Positions 53,704 to 63,243 of a stretch of DNA of 64,000 bases are shown here, piece after piece. The notes below the pieces were generated by a model. It was given only the letters and a program-made list of their open reading frames with translations. It did no database searches and was not told where the DNA came from. The stretch is taken from IMG/VR virus record IMGVR_UViG_3300037423_000411, positions 32,001 to 96,000 of that record; one strand, written 5' to 3'. Numbering within the stretch: the stretch's first letter is position 1; every line of letters begins with the position of its first letter. This DNA is from a virus. Position numbers and translations under genes: made by a program.

Positions 53704-55176
53704 TCAATCGTTCAGCCAGCTCATCATGTCGACAGTGCCTCCGAAGGTCCCCGTGGAGTTACCGGACGAAGACAGAAGGTCAAGAGAAGACGAGCCGCCG
53801 TCGAATTCACCGAGGTAGGCGTTGCGGTAGTCGACACTCATCGTGAACACCGGAGGGATCTCGCCGTCACGGTTCTTGAGGAACTGGCCCTTGGTCACGT
53901 TCGGATTGTCGTCCGTGTGCAGTAGCGCGACGATCTGATCGGGGGTCTTCTCGGCCTCGCTGGTATCCGCGAGATTGGCCAGCTGGTACTGCCCGGCCAA
54001 AATGGCGTCCTTGAAGGCCTTCTGAGACATCTGCCAGGGGCTGAGGATCGGAACACCCTTGCCGTCATAGAAGGACGTAGCGAGGACCTTGGAGTCCTTC
54101 AGGATGTCGTTCAGCTCTTCGCGGTTGTTGTCCCGTCGCCGGTCAGGCTTGAGCAGGGCCAGATAGTCGATGCCGACAAGATTGATCTCCCACAGCTCGC
54201 CCTGCCGCTTCATCTTCGCCTCGACGTAGCCGAGCGTCGCACCACGCGGCACCTGAGCGATGTACTGCTTGCCGTAGCTGGAGTTGTAGTACATGTCCTC
54301 CAGCACGTCCTGAAAGACCTTCTCCTGCTCCGGATCGAGCGTCGCATCACGGATGTCTCGGACGTTCAAGCCCTTCGGGTAGTTGAACTGAGGCAACCGG
54401 CTGTGCCGTGCGATCAAACGTCGGCGCACTTGCCCACGCACGGTCTCCGACGTTGCCAGCAAGAAGTTCTTGCCCTGCATCACCGAGACATCCCAACAGA
54501 TCTGAGTCAGGAGCTGACTCTTGCCATTGCCGGTGTACGCCGCGATGAGTCCCAGCTCGCCATTCTGGAAACCACCTGTCACGAGATCCACGGACGGGAT
54601 ACCTGACAGGATGCCGATGCCTGAGTCGCCCGACTTCTTGTCGGCGTACTCCTGCAGAACGTCATCCTTCTCCAGCCGAATGTCACCTTCAGGAGCGGAC
54701 TCGTGGTTGTTGAGCTTGTCGATCTCTCCTAGTTCGCTGTAGAGGAAGTCGCGGGCATCCTGATGCCCTTGGAGCTTCCGGTCCTGCAGGCTGACACCAT
54801 GCTGCAAGATCTCGAACGACGTCGCGATCGCTTCGCCCGTGCGCTGCTTCGATCGCAGATCTTTGAGCGCATCCACGGCGTAGCGGAACTCATGCTCAGC
54901 AGGCTGATAGCTCGCGAGATCGGCATAGGCCTGCTCGTACAGCAGCTGCTTGGACTCGTCCACCTCGGAGCGAGACAAGAGGTCGGAGAAAGTTGCTACC
55001 GGCAATACATCACCGGTGATGTCGTAATACTTCTCCAATAGCTCGAAGATCTTACGCGTTGTCGATTCGTCCGGGTCGCCGAAATGCTCCGGTTCCAGGT
55101 GATGCTGAGCGTAAAGCCAGAGATCACGTCGATCAGGAACAATGCCAGCAAGGACGGTACGCCGGTGATCTGACAT
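53704..55176 (-). CDS. dnaB: DnaB-like replicative helicase
   Basis: GGFQNGELGLIAAYTGNGKS, GIDYLAL and LKNRDG. Confidence 0.92.
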   Translation of the reverse strand: MSDHRRTVLAGIVPDRRDLWLYAQHHLEPEHFGDPDESTTRKIFELLEKYYDITGDVLPVATFSDLLSRSEVDESKQLLYEQAYADLASYQPAEHEFRYAVDALKDLRSKQRTGEAIATSFEILQHGVSLQDRKLQGHQDARDFLYSELGEIDKLNNHESAPEGDIRLEKDDVLQEYADKKSGDSGIGILSGIPSVDLVTGGFQNGELGLIAAYTGNGKSQLLTQICWDVSVMQGKNFLLATSETVRGQVRRRLIARHSRLPQFNYPKGLNVRDIRDATLDPEQEKVFQDVLEDMYYNSSYGKQYIAQVPRGATLGYVEAKMKRQGELWEINLVGIDYLALLKPDRRRDNNREELNDILKDSKVLATSFYDGKGVPILSPWQMSQKAFKDAILAGQYQLANLADTSEAEKTPDQIVALLHTDDNPNVTKGQFLKNRDGEIPPVFTMSVDYRNAYLGEFDGGSSSLDLLSSSGNSTGTFGGTVDMMSWLND

Positions 55177-55618
55177 CTAGCTTCTCGCAACCCTTCCCAT
55201 CACCGGAGGACGATCGTCCGTCCGCACGAACCGGCCTCTCCTCGAACGTGCAGTCTGACCACAGTGCTTACAGGAACCTTCGCGATAAAGGATCGCGATC
55301 TCTGCCCCCGGATCTTCTCTCGGTGCAGCACTTCCTGCTGAGTCGAAGAACCAGCCCACCACGTACCTTTCATGTAGGTCGATCGCTGTCGACACAGGAC
55401 GGCCGGTGCGCTTCGCGATACGTGCTCCCATACAGGGATGCCGGTAGATCGCCAGCAGAGGTGACGGCCAGTACTCCGGAGGGTCTACCGCATTCACTCT
55501 GTCGAGCCCGGCCTGTAGCTCTTCTTCAGTCATCGATCTGCCTTTCGCCCATAAAACAAGGCAAGACCCGTACGCAAGCCTCTCACTTCTTACGTACGGG
55601 TCTTGCCGAAAAGAACGT

Positions 55619-56494
55619 TCAGGCCTTCGGCTCCTGAACGTCTTCTCCCTCAGGAACGTCTGCGAACTCCCGAGACCACTCGGACTCAGGAGTGGTCTCG
55701 TAGTGCTTCAGGCGGATCTCTTCGATGACCGAGTCCAGGTAGTCCTCGTCCACGTTCAGATTCGCCTTGCCGATCTTCTTGCGGTCCTCCATGACGCGCA
55801 CCCACAGTTCGAACCCTGCCTCGGTGGCACGAGCAACCTCGGACTCAGTCAGGAAGTCGGGATACTTATCCGACGCGCAAAGGATGTACGACCGCACGTC
55901 ACGGATGTCCAGAGGCGAGTTGTCGTCTACCAGCGCCGCATCCTCTTCTTCGGCGTACGCCGCTGCTTCCTCTTCCGCCGCCCGCTCTTCGAGCCACGCG
56001 TCGAGGTCGACGTTGGAATAGGCGGACTTTTCACTTTTGCCAAAGGTCGTCACGCCACTGCCGTAACCCCACCCCCCAGTGGGGGTAGTGCCAGAGCTGG
56101 CCCAGGCACCGACCGGCTGAAGCTGAATCATCGCGCTCCACACCTTCGACACGGCTTCGTAGCGTGCCTGCGGCTGATGCTTGTCACCGGCTCGCATGAC
56201 TTCCTTGAAGTGCGAGTCGTAGTCGATGTCATCGACGGCCAGGTCCAAGAACTTCTTCCACTGCCGACGCGAGATGACGGCACGGTACTTGTAGTCCGCG
56301 ATGACGTCGTCCACGACCTTGACGTTCGGGACGACCTTCCGCAGATCTTCGAGGTCTTCCTTGACGCGTGCGCGCACTAAGACGTGCGTGAACTTGCTCT
56401 TCGCGATCTTCTTGAACGGAGACTTGGTCTCCTTGTCCTGCTTCGGGTCATAGGCCACTACCGAGTAGAAGCCCTTCCGCGTGAACACCCACAT
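55619..56494 (-). CDS. conserved phage early protein
   Basis: MWVFTRKGFYSVV...VRAR...DYKYR...IDYD pattern; TTGACA-N17-TAATCT promoter. Confidence 0.7.
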   Translation of the reverse strand: MWVFTRKGFYSVVAYDPKQDKETKSPFKKIAKSKFTHVLVRARVKEDLEDLRKVVPNVKVVDDVIADYKYRAVISRRQWKKFLDLAVDDIDYDSHFKEVMRAGDKHQPQARYEAVSKVWSAMIQLQPVGAWASSGTTPTGGWGYGSGVTTFGKSEKSAYSNVDLDAWLEERAAEEEAAAYAEEEDAALVDDNSPLDIRDVRSYILCASDKYPDFLTESEVARATEAGFELWVRVMEDRKKIGKANLNVDEDYLDSVIEEIRLKHYETTPESEWSREFADVPEGEDVQEPKA

Positions 56495-57622
56495 GGTTAC
56501 CGCCTCCTCATATTCCAGCTTGTGAGAGTACAGCTGGACTCTTCCTTCAGATTACCGTATAAGGCGACAACTGTCAACCTTGAGCCGCCCACAGCTTACA
56601 GCGGCCACAGACCGAGTTCCCCGCAGGGAGCATGTACCTCGGTACTACCTTGACCAGCTCTTTTCCGCAGATAGAGCGTGCGGGAGGTTCCTTGCCGACC
56701 GTCAAGTGCCAGATCGGCTGAGCGAGAGTCAGCCCACGCGAAGTCAGACCCCAAGACAGATCCAGTACCGTCTGCCTCTCTCGGAGCTGCCTACGGTACT
56801 GGATCAGGGCTTCGAACGCCGGGTCGGTCAACCGACCAGCTCCGGTACGTGAGCCTGGTAGATCTCCTGAACGTGCAGACGGCACGAACGCGTCGCGAAC
56901 GCCCAGTAGAGACCTGATGGCAGGAATCGAACCATGTGGCTCAGCTCAACTGCGTCCTGCACCTCGCAGTGTCCCTTCTCCCCAGCCGGATGATGTAGCT
57001 TGCACTGACCTCCGAGGATAGTCAGCTTGTGATCTGCCTCCACGACTCCTTCTTCCCCAGTACGTTGGTGGGTCCCCGCCCGGCCGTCGTCTTTCCCGGT
57101 CAGGCAGGGACCTGAATGTGCCCTCAGTCAGGCTCGTCGCAGCGGTGCTCATCCTGCACTCGAACACCTCGGTGACACTCAGAACAAACAAGCTGGTGTT
57201 CTACCTTGAACCACTCGTCATCTGGCAAGAACCCCGGAACAATACGGACGTCTCCGACCCAGACACGATGCTGGCCTGGCGTCACAATCACCAGCTCACG
57301 TTCCTTGACGATCACCCTCTGCGCCTCCTTCCCTTCGGTACAACCAACGTACGACGGGAGGTTACAGCTGTCAACCCTCACCAGACCATCTGCAGAAGAT
57401 TCTTCGCAACCCCCGCGAGGAAGACGACAAGAAAACCGACGAACGCCACCGTCAGCAGGATGAAGAACCCAGTGCCGAGACGATCGATGAGCGTGCTCTT
57501 CTTCCGAAGTTCCAGCTCTCCTGACTCCAGCTTCGAGCTGATCTCCGACGCACGATCTTGCTGCTGATTCTGCAGGACCAGAACCACGTAATCCGCGTCC
57601 GATAAAGCACTCATCAGAACTC

Positions 57623-58402
57623 CTAATTGTCGGCTGCTACGTCGAGCAACCGGTACAAATTGTCCTGAACCACCAGAACAGCTCGCGCATGAATTTGACT
57701 GGCCTTGCTCTCGGTAATTTTGAGTGCCTCCCCCACAGCCGAGAGCTTCATTCCCTCGAAGTACCTGAGCACCAGAACTGTCTGGTCCTGCACCGGCATC
57801 TCACGGATGACGTCGCGGAACAGGACCATCGCATGGCGTATCTGCTTCGCATCGATCGCGACTCCGCGCTCAACGCCTTCACGGCCACCCCAGTCACGCT
57901 CAGGGTCGCCTTCGTCCAACGAACGGTGATACGACGCTTCGGCCTTGGACGCCGTCGAAGAGATCTCTTCGACCTCCCATCCGAGCTTGGTCGCCACTTC
58001 GTCAGGCGTCGGGTCACGGCCTAGGTCCTTGGTCAGCTCGTCCTGAGCCGTCTTCAGATCCCGCTGCTTCTTGCGCAGTGAGCGTGGCGCCCAGTCGAGC
58101 TTCCGCAACTCGTCCAGGATGACAGACCTGACCGACGCCGCCGCGAACGTCTCGAAGTTCACACCGCGATCGGGGTTGTACCGGTCAACGGCTCTGAACA
58201 GCCCCAGGACGCCGTAGGAGACGAGATCAGAGATGTCCACGTGCTGTGGGAGGTTGCGGGCCATCTTCCGCGCTAAACGCTCCACAAGCTCGCGATTACG
58301 CAGAATGATCTCCTCTTTCGCGGAGACCTCTCCCTGCTTGATCCTGTCCCAGAGCGCGTAATCGATCGCGCGTCCTGAGCTGTCCGGCACTACGTCAGTC
58401 AC
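57623..58402 (-). CDS. FliA/WhiG-family sigma factor
   Basis: DLVSYGVLGLFRAVDRY, ILDELRKLDWAPRSLR and LRYFEGMKLSAVGEALKITESKASQIH. Confidence 0.93.
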   Translation of the reverse strand: MTDVVPDSSGRAIDYALWDRIKQGEVSAKEEIILRNRELVERLARKMARNLPQHVDISDLVSYGVLGLFRAVDRYNPDRGVNFETFAAASVRSVILDELRKLDWAPRSLRKKQRDLKTAQDELTKDLGRDPTPDEVATKLGWEVEEISSTASKAEASYHRSLDEGDPERDWGGREGVERGVAIDAKQIRHAMVLFRDVIREMPVQDQTVLVLRYFEGMKLSAVGEALKITESKASQIHARAVLVVQDNLYRLLDVAADN

Positions 58403-60012
58403 GGTTTGATCAACTCCAGAAGCTGGGTGGGTGAGAGCTGATCAAACAGCTCCGTCTCGCTGTCGAAGACATAGTCACTGAGCGCCTGGCGAGTGGCGAG
58501 GATGGCCTTGTACTTCTGTTCCTGTGTGTCAACTGTCAACAGGTTAAACACGAATACGCGGTCGAAGCCAGAGCCCACGCGCCGGACACGACCTACCGTC
58601 TGTGACACACGCGCCGGGTTGAGTTGTAGGTCAACGAAGACCATGATGTTCGCGCACTGCAGGTTCAGCGACCTCTCGATAGCCGAGGTACCCATCAGAA
58701 CCTGGCATTTCGGATCTGACCAGAAACGATCGATTTCCTCTTTGCGCCGTACCGACGAAGCGTCCTTCCCCCAGATGCGTGCCGTGTGGATGCCGACCTC
58801 GCTCAGCCGTCTGTCCAAGGCATCCACCGACGCCGTGTTGTGGATGAACGTCACGACCTTCTGGTCTGCCCAGTCCGTCTGCAGCTTCTGGCTGAGCCAG
58901 TCGAGCTTCACCGATGCACCAGGACCATCCGGCTCACCGAGCGCCTGCAGTCCTGCGCAGATGCGCTGCCCGTAGCCGACCTTCAATCGAGCATCCAGCG
59001 CCTTGACGACCACCCCGTCCTCTGTGTGGATGAGCATCTTGGAGACCGAGTCCTGAAGCTCCTGATACCGCTTCCGCTGCTCCGGATACAGCTCCAGCCA
59101 GACATCCTGAGGAGGCATCAGCATCGGCATGCTGACGTCCTTCAGATCGGTGTACTTACGCTGCAGGAACATCGGCGTGACCTTGGCCTTGAGTTCAGCC
59201 ATGTTCTTGAAGCCTGTGGTCTGTACTTCGACCTTCGAGCTACCCGAGCTGTAGTCGTACACCGTGATCGGTTCCTTGCGGATGTACCGATTCTCGAACC
59301 GGCCGAGCGGCCCGAAGACGTCCAGACCGTCCGTCAGCATCGCGGCTGCATGCATCTGCTGCAGCCGCATCTGAATGATGGTCGCGTTGATGACGATCGA
59401 GCGGTGTGCGTAGCGTGACAGCTCTTCCAGAAGCTTGTGCGTGCGGTTCGCGTGGTTCAGGATCGGGTCCACGTCGTCCACGACCAGGATGTTCGGAGCG
59501 AGCTTGGTGAGGATGCGTGCGTCTTTCAAGGCCATGTGCGAACCGATGATGAGGACTTCCCAGCTCTGCGCGTAGCGCTTCACCCGGGCAGGCTTGCTCA
59601 TGCCGGACAGGATGGCCTCGAAATGAATCGTCGGCACCCACCGCTGAGCTTCTTCCAGCCACTGCATCGCCGCTGCCGTCTGACAGACGATGAGGGCACG
59701 ACCTCCAAGCTCGTTGCGTTGCTTCAGGAGCGCGATCAAACCCAGGATCTGGTTGGTCTTGCCTAGTCCCATCAGGTCTGCGAGGATCGCCCTCTCCTTC
59801 AGATACAGCCAGGAGATACCGACCTTCTGATGCCCGAACAGCTCGCCTCCGCAGAGCTTGTACTCGCAGTCGGGACGGGGGGTGTCGTGATGCTTGCACG
59901 CCTTGTAGTTCCAGGCCTCAAGGTGCGGGATCTCGATGTCCTGAGAGTCGCGGATCTTGTCGGCGTAGCTCTTCTTCGGGTCCAGGTCGAACTCAGGAGC
60001 GGCTGCAGTCAC
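58399..60012 (-). CDS. SNF2-family helicase
   Basis: ILADLMGLGKT, SLNLQCAN and QTVGRVRRVG. Confidence 0.9.
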   Translation of the reverse strand: MTAAAPEFDLDPKKSYADKIRDSQDIEIPHLEAWNYKACKHHDTPRPDCEYKLCGGELFGHQKVGISWLYLKERAILADLMGLGKTNQILGLIALLKQRNELGGRALIVCQTAAAMQWLEEAQRWVPTIHFEAILSGMSKPARVKRYAQSWEVLIIGSHMALKDARILTKLAPNILVVDDVDPILNHANRTHKLLEELSRYAHRSIVINATIIQMRLQQMHAAAMLTDGLDVFGPLGRFENRYIRKEPITVYDYSSGSSKVEVQTTGFKNMAELKAKVTPMFLQRKYTDLKDVSMPMLMPPQDVWLELYPEQRKRYQELQDSVSKMLIHTEDGVVVKALDARLKVGYGQRICAGLQALGEPDGPGASVKLDWLSQKLQTDWADQKVVTFIHNTASVDALDRRLSEVGIHTARIWGKDASSVRRKEEIDRFWSDPKCQVLMGTSAIERSLNLQCANIMVFVDLQLNPARVSQTVGRVRRVGSGFDRVFVFNLLTVDTQEQKYKAILATRQALSDYVFDSETELFDQLSPTQLLELIKP

Positions 60013-60360
60013 ATCTCACGTACGGAGTTTCAGGCAGCACGGGCGCGGCGAGGGGTGCGGACACCGCGTTCTTGCAGGATGTCTTGCGTCACGGAACGTA
60101 GTTCGTCGCCTGAGACACCGCGCTTCTGAGCCTCTGACCGAGCCGACCAGAGGTCGCGCTTGTACGAGATCATCCGAGCCTGTGCCGCCATGTCACCGAG
60201 GTACGACGGGTCCTCTCCGAACGCAGATACGGCGCACCAGATCAGCGCGCCGTATCTCAGAAGCAGCTCTTCGTCGGAAAGTTCGATCTGTGCCATGCGG
60301 ACCTCCCCGTCAAAGAAACCGATCTGATTGACACGAGAGTACACCGCGAGTTGTCGAGCG

Positions 60361-60798
60361 TCACTCAGGCAGTGGGGGTGCAGTCGGCTCGATGTTGACA
60401 TTCGTCACCGGCGAAGACGTCACAACCACCGCAGAACCGGTTGGCAACTCAGATCCCGTACCAGCAACTGCACCAGTCGTGTTGTCCACAGGACCGACAA
60501 CGGCGCCTGGCACCACGGCCAGAGTGTCCTCGGTCGCCACGTCGTCAGCGGCGAGAAACTTCAGCGTCTTCTGCAGGAACGCTTCGACCTGCGAGATCGC
60601 AAGCAACCGCGTGATGATCGCCGTCAGGGCCAGCACACCGGCCGCGAAGGCGTACAACTTCGGGTACTTGTCCGGGTCCAGGTTGAGCTGGTTGATAATC
60701 AACGGAACCGCGATGACGGCACCAGGCAGACCCGCAATGATCGTTCGTAGCACTCGACGCCACGGATGCGCGACCTTCGCCACTACTGCATCAGCCAT
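60361..60798 (-). CDS. holin-like membrane protein
   Basis: HPWRRVLRT followed by two TM segments (AIITRLLAI), as in actinophage holins. Confidence 0.65.
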   Translation of the reverse strand: MADAVVAKVAHPWRRVLRTIIAGLPGAVIAVPLIINQLNLDPDKYPKLYAFAAGVLALTAIITRLLAISQVEAFLQKTLKFLAADDVATEDTLAVVPGAVVGPVDNTTGAVAGTGSELPTGSAVVVTSSPVTNVNIEPTAPPLPE

Positions 60799-60834
60799 GT
60801 CTTGGCCTCCTTCTGTCCTGTAGAGAATCGGTTG

Positions 60835-61545
60835 TCAGCCGTCAGCAAGGACACAGGTGTAGATGTTGCGTGTAGTGGGAGGCGTCGTTGAGACCAGCAC
60901 AGTGATCTCCTGAGGCGTGTATCCCGACAAGCACTGCACACCGTCTTTGCCGTCCTGACCTGCAGGTCCTTGAGGACCAGCAGGACCTTCGGGTCCAGCC
61001 GGGCCTTGTGCTCCGTCCTTACCGTCTTGCCCGGCCGGACCAGCGGGTCCCTGAGGACCGGTTGCACCGTCCTTACCTGCTGGACCTTGTGCTCCGTCCT
61101 TACCGGCCGGGCCGGTTGCACCAACGCACTTGGTGATGGTGAGCAAGCAATCTGGGTACCTGCCTGCAGGTCCTGCCGGACCAGTAGGACCTTGCGGCCC
61201 AATCGGACCTTGTGGTCCCTGAGGGCCGATTGCGCCAGCCGGACCCTGCGCGCCGGTGTCGCCTTGCGGACCTTGCGGCCCGACCACAACCTTCTGCGGT
61301 ATGTCGTTCCTGTTCACTACCGGCTTGGCGCCGAGCGACTCGACTTGCTTGACCAGTGCCTGTGTCTGCTCGACAGAGTTGTTCTGCGCTGCTGCGAGCT
61401 TCTCGCGCTCGGCCTGGCCAGTGGTGATGCGCCCTTCGGCCGACTTGAGGTCGGAGTTCGTCTGATAGATCTGAGCCAACGTCAAGATGGCCAGCAAGAT
61501 CAAAACGACCATGATCGGGAAGGGAACTGAACGGTTACGCTTCAT
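60835..61545 (-). CDS. membrane-anchored collagen-like protein
   Basis: N-terminal TM, coiled coil and long G-X-Y repeats. Confidence 0.85.
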   Translation of the reverse strand: MKRNRSVPFPIMVVLILLAILTLAQIYQTNSDLKSAEGRITTGQAEREKLAAAQNNSVEQTQALVKQVESLGAKPVVNRNDIPQKVVVGPQGPQGDTGAQGPAGAIGPQGPQGPIGPQGPTGPAGPAGRYPDCLLTITKCVGATGPAGKDGAQGPAGKDGATGPQGPAGPAGQDGKDGAQGPAGPEGPAGPQGPAGQDGKDGVQCLSGYTPQEITVLVSTTPPTTRNIYTCVLADG

Positions 61546-61547
61546 CG

Positions 61548-62030
61548 TCAGCAATCACGATCTTCCAGTTTCGGAAGCGGGTTCTCCTGGCGCAACTTGT
61601 CGGTGCGCGACGTTGTCTCCAGGTAGTCCTGCAGGATCTTGGCCCCCGTACCAGGCTTGGCCCCGAGAAGATCTCGGAACAGCTTCAGTTCCGCTTGCTT
61701 GTCTTCGTCAGCCCACTGAGCACGCTTCCTGACAACAGCAGCGAAGTCACTGTTGTACTGAGCCTGGCACTGAGCTTGCTTCTTGTTCTCATAGGTGAAG
61801 TACGAGCCCTGCAGAACGGTGAACACAGCAAGGATGACGACAATGAAGCCCAGCAGTCGCGAGCGCTTCTCAGGGGTATCCGCAACCTTGTGCTCGGTGA
61901 GGTCGCGCTCTTCCTCAGGCACGACTGCCTCCCTGATTTGAGTGATGAACAGCATCTCTCGCCCGAACAGCCACCCGATGAGGAAGCCGATCAGCGACCA
62001 GCAGACTGATGGGAGGAGTTCCTCAATCAC
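61548..62030 (-). CDS. membrane protein (lysis-associated cluster)
   Basis: Two TM segments. Confidence 0.65.
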   Translation of the reverse strand: MIEELLPSVCWSLIGFLIGWLFGREMLFITQIREAVVPEEERDLTEHKVADTPEKRSRLLGFIVVILAVFTVLQGSYFTYENKKQAQCQAQYNSDFAAVVRKRAQWADEDKQAELKLFRDLLGAKPGTGAKILQDYLETTSRTDKLRQENPLPKLEDRDC

Positions 62031-62284
62031 TTCTCCTCCCGATCTGAGTCTTTGTCTTCGATCTCCTTCTTGTCCTTGCTGTCCTCACGGTTAGAGGGCC
62101 GCCGTTCCGAGATGGCGAACAGGCCACCGACGATGGCCATGAAGATAGCGTTAATAGCCTGATCGGGCTTGTAGTCGAACCACGGAATGATTCCGACCAG
62201 GAAGTTAAGCGCCCAGACTGCGGTGACTACATAGATGATCTGCTTCTTGAGCTTCGGGTCGATCATCAGGCACCTACCCTTCAA
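62027..62284 (-). CDS. small two-TM membrane protein
   Basis: Two TM segments and a charged tail. Confidence 0.65.
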   Translation of the reverse strand: MKGRCLMIDPKLKKQIIYVVTAVWALNFLVGIIPWFDYKPDQAINAIFMAIVGGLFAISERRPSNREDSKDKKEIEDKDSDREEK

Positions 62285-62434
62285 GGCGGAAGATTGCTGA
62301 TCACAATCTGTGTGGAGGGTGCCTTTTACGCATCAGCAAGTTCCCCTCTCGCTGCTGACTCCTGTCTACTTAGAATCGGCGGAAATCGTGCTCCGGTTAC
62401 ACCCGTAACCGGACCGTCACCAGACTCTCAGTTA

Positions 62435-63235
62435 CTACGCGTGCCAGAGGCAAGCGATGGTCACGTTCGAGGCGTAGTTGTTGGCGAACTGCTGTGCGAC
62501 CTGGTGATACCCAATCGCGTACGAACCGGCAGCAGGGCTCCACTGACTGAAGCACGGCACGACTCGCGTCCGCAAGACGCTATCGAACGTGGACTTGCGC
62601 GAGGTCGTGGGAAACCAGGCGAGACCAGGCTGAGCGGCAACGTCAGGGTTCTGCGCGTAATCCCAGTAGAGCCGCGAAACGAAGAACATCGCACCGGCGA
62701 GATCTGGGTTCACGTTCTTGAGGTTACGGAGAGCCTGCCCACACGCAGCGTGATCCGGGTGATTGTCAGTCGGGCTCATCGTCCGGTGGTACGCGTTCGG
62801 GAACGTGGTGACGAAGTTGGAGATGACAGCCTGCGCATCGGCAACCGCAGTCGGGCTGTTCGTGCCGAAACCGTCTGCCAGACCACCTTCGTGGTGATAG
62901 ACCCTGCCCGTGGCCGCCACACCCGAGTTCGGCGTGACGGTCGCCATCGCGCCAAGAGCAGAGCGGGCCTCCAACAACCGAGCCGCACCAAGATCTGTGT
63001 TCGTGAGAGGACCGTTCGTCGCGTAACCCTCTTGGATCGGGTCGTGCGTGTAGGGGTGGTTCGCCCAGTTACAAGCATTGGTGCCGTTGTACGACCCGAG
63101 CGGGCCACCTGCCTCACCTCGGGTCATCGAGACCAGATGTACGTCCCAGCCCGCTGCGAGGTAGTGCACAATCGCCAGCCCCATCGACAACGTCTCGTCA
63201 TCAGGATGAGGCGCATAGATGACAACGACTCCCAT
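62435..63235 (-). CDS. PIG-L/LmbE-family deacetylase
   Basis: APHPDDETL, MTRGE and HPDH. Confidence 0.88.
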   Translation of the reverse strand: MGVVVIYAPHPDDETLSMGLAIVHYLAAGWDVHLVSMTRGEAGGPLGSYNGTNACNWANHPYTHDPIQEGYATNGPLTNTDLGAARLLEARSALGAMATVTPNSGVAATGRVYHHEGGLADGFGTNSPTAVADAQAVISNFVTTFPNAYHRTMSPTDNHPDHAACGQALRNLKNVNPDLAGAMFFVSRLYWDYAQNPDVAAQPGLAWFPTTSRKSTFDSVLRTRVVPCFSQWSPAAGSYAIGYHQVAQQFANNYASNVTIACLWHA

Positions 63236-63243
63236 TAGCTCTC

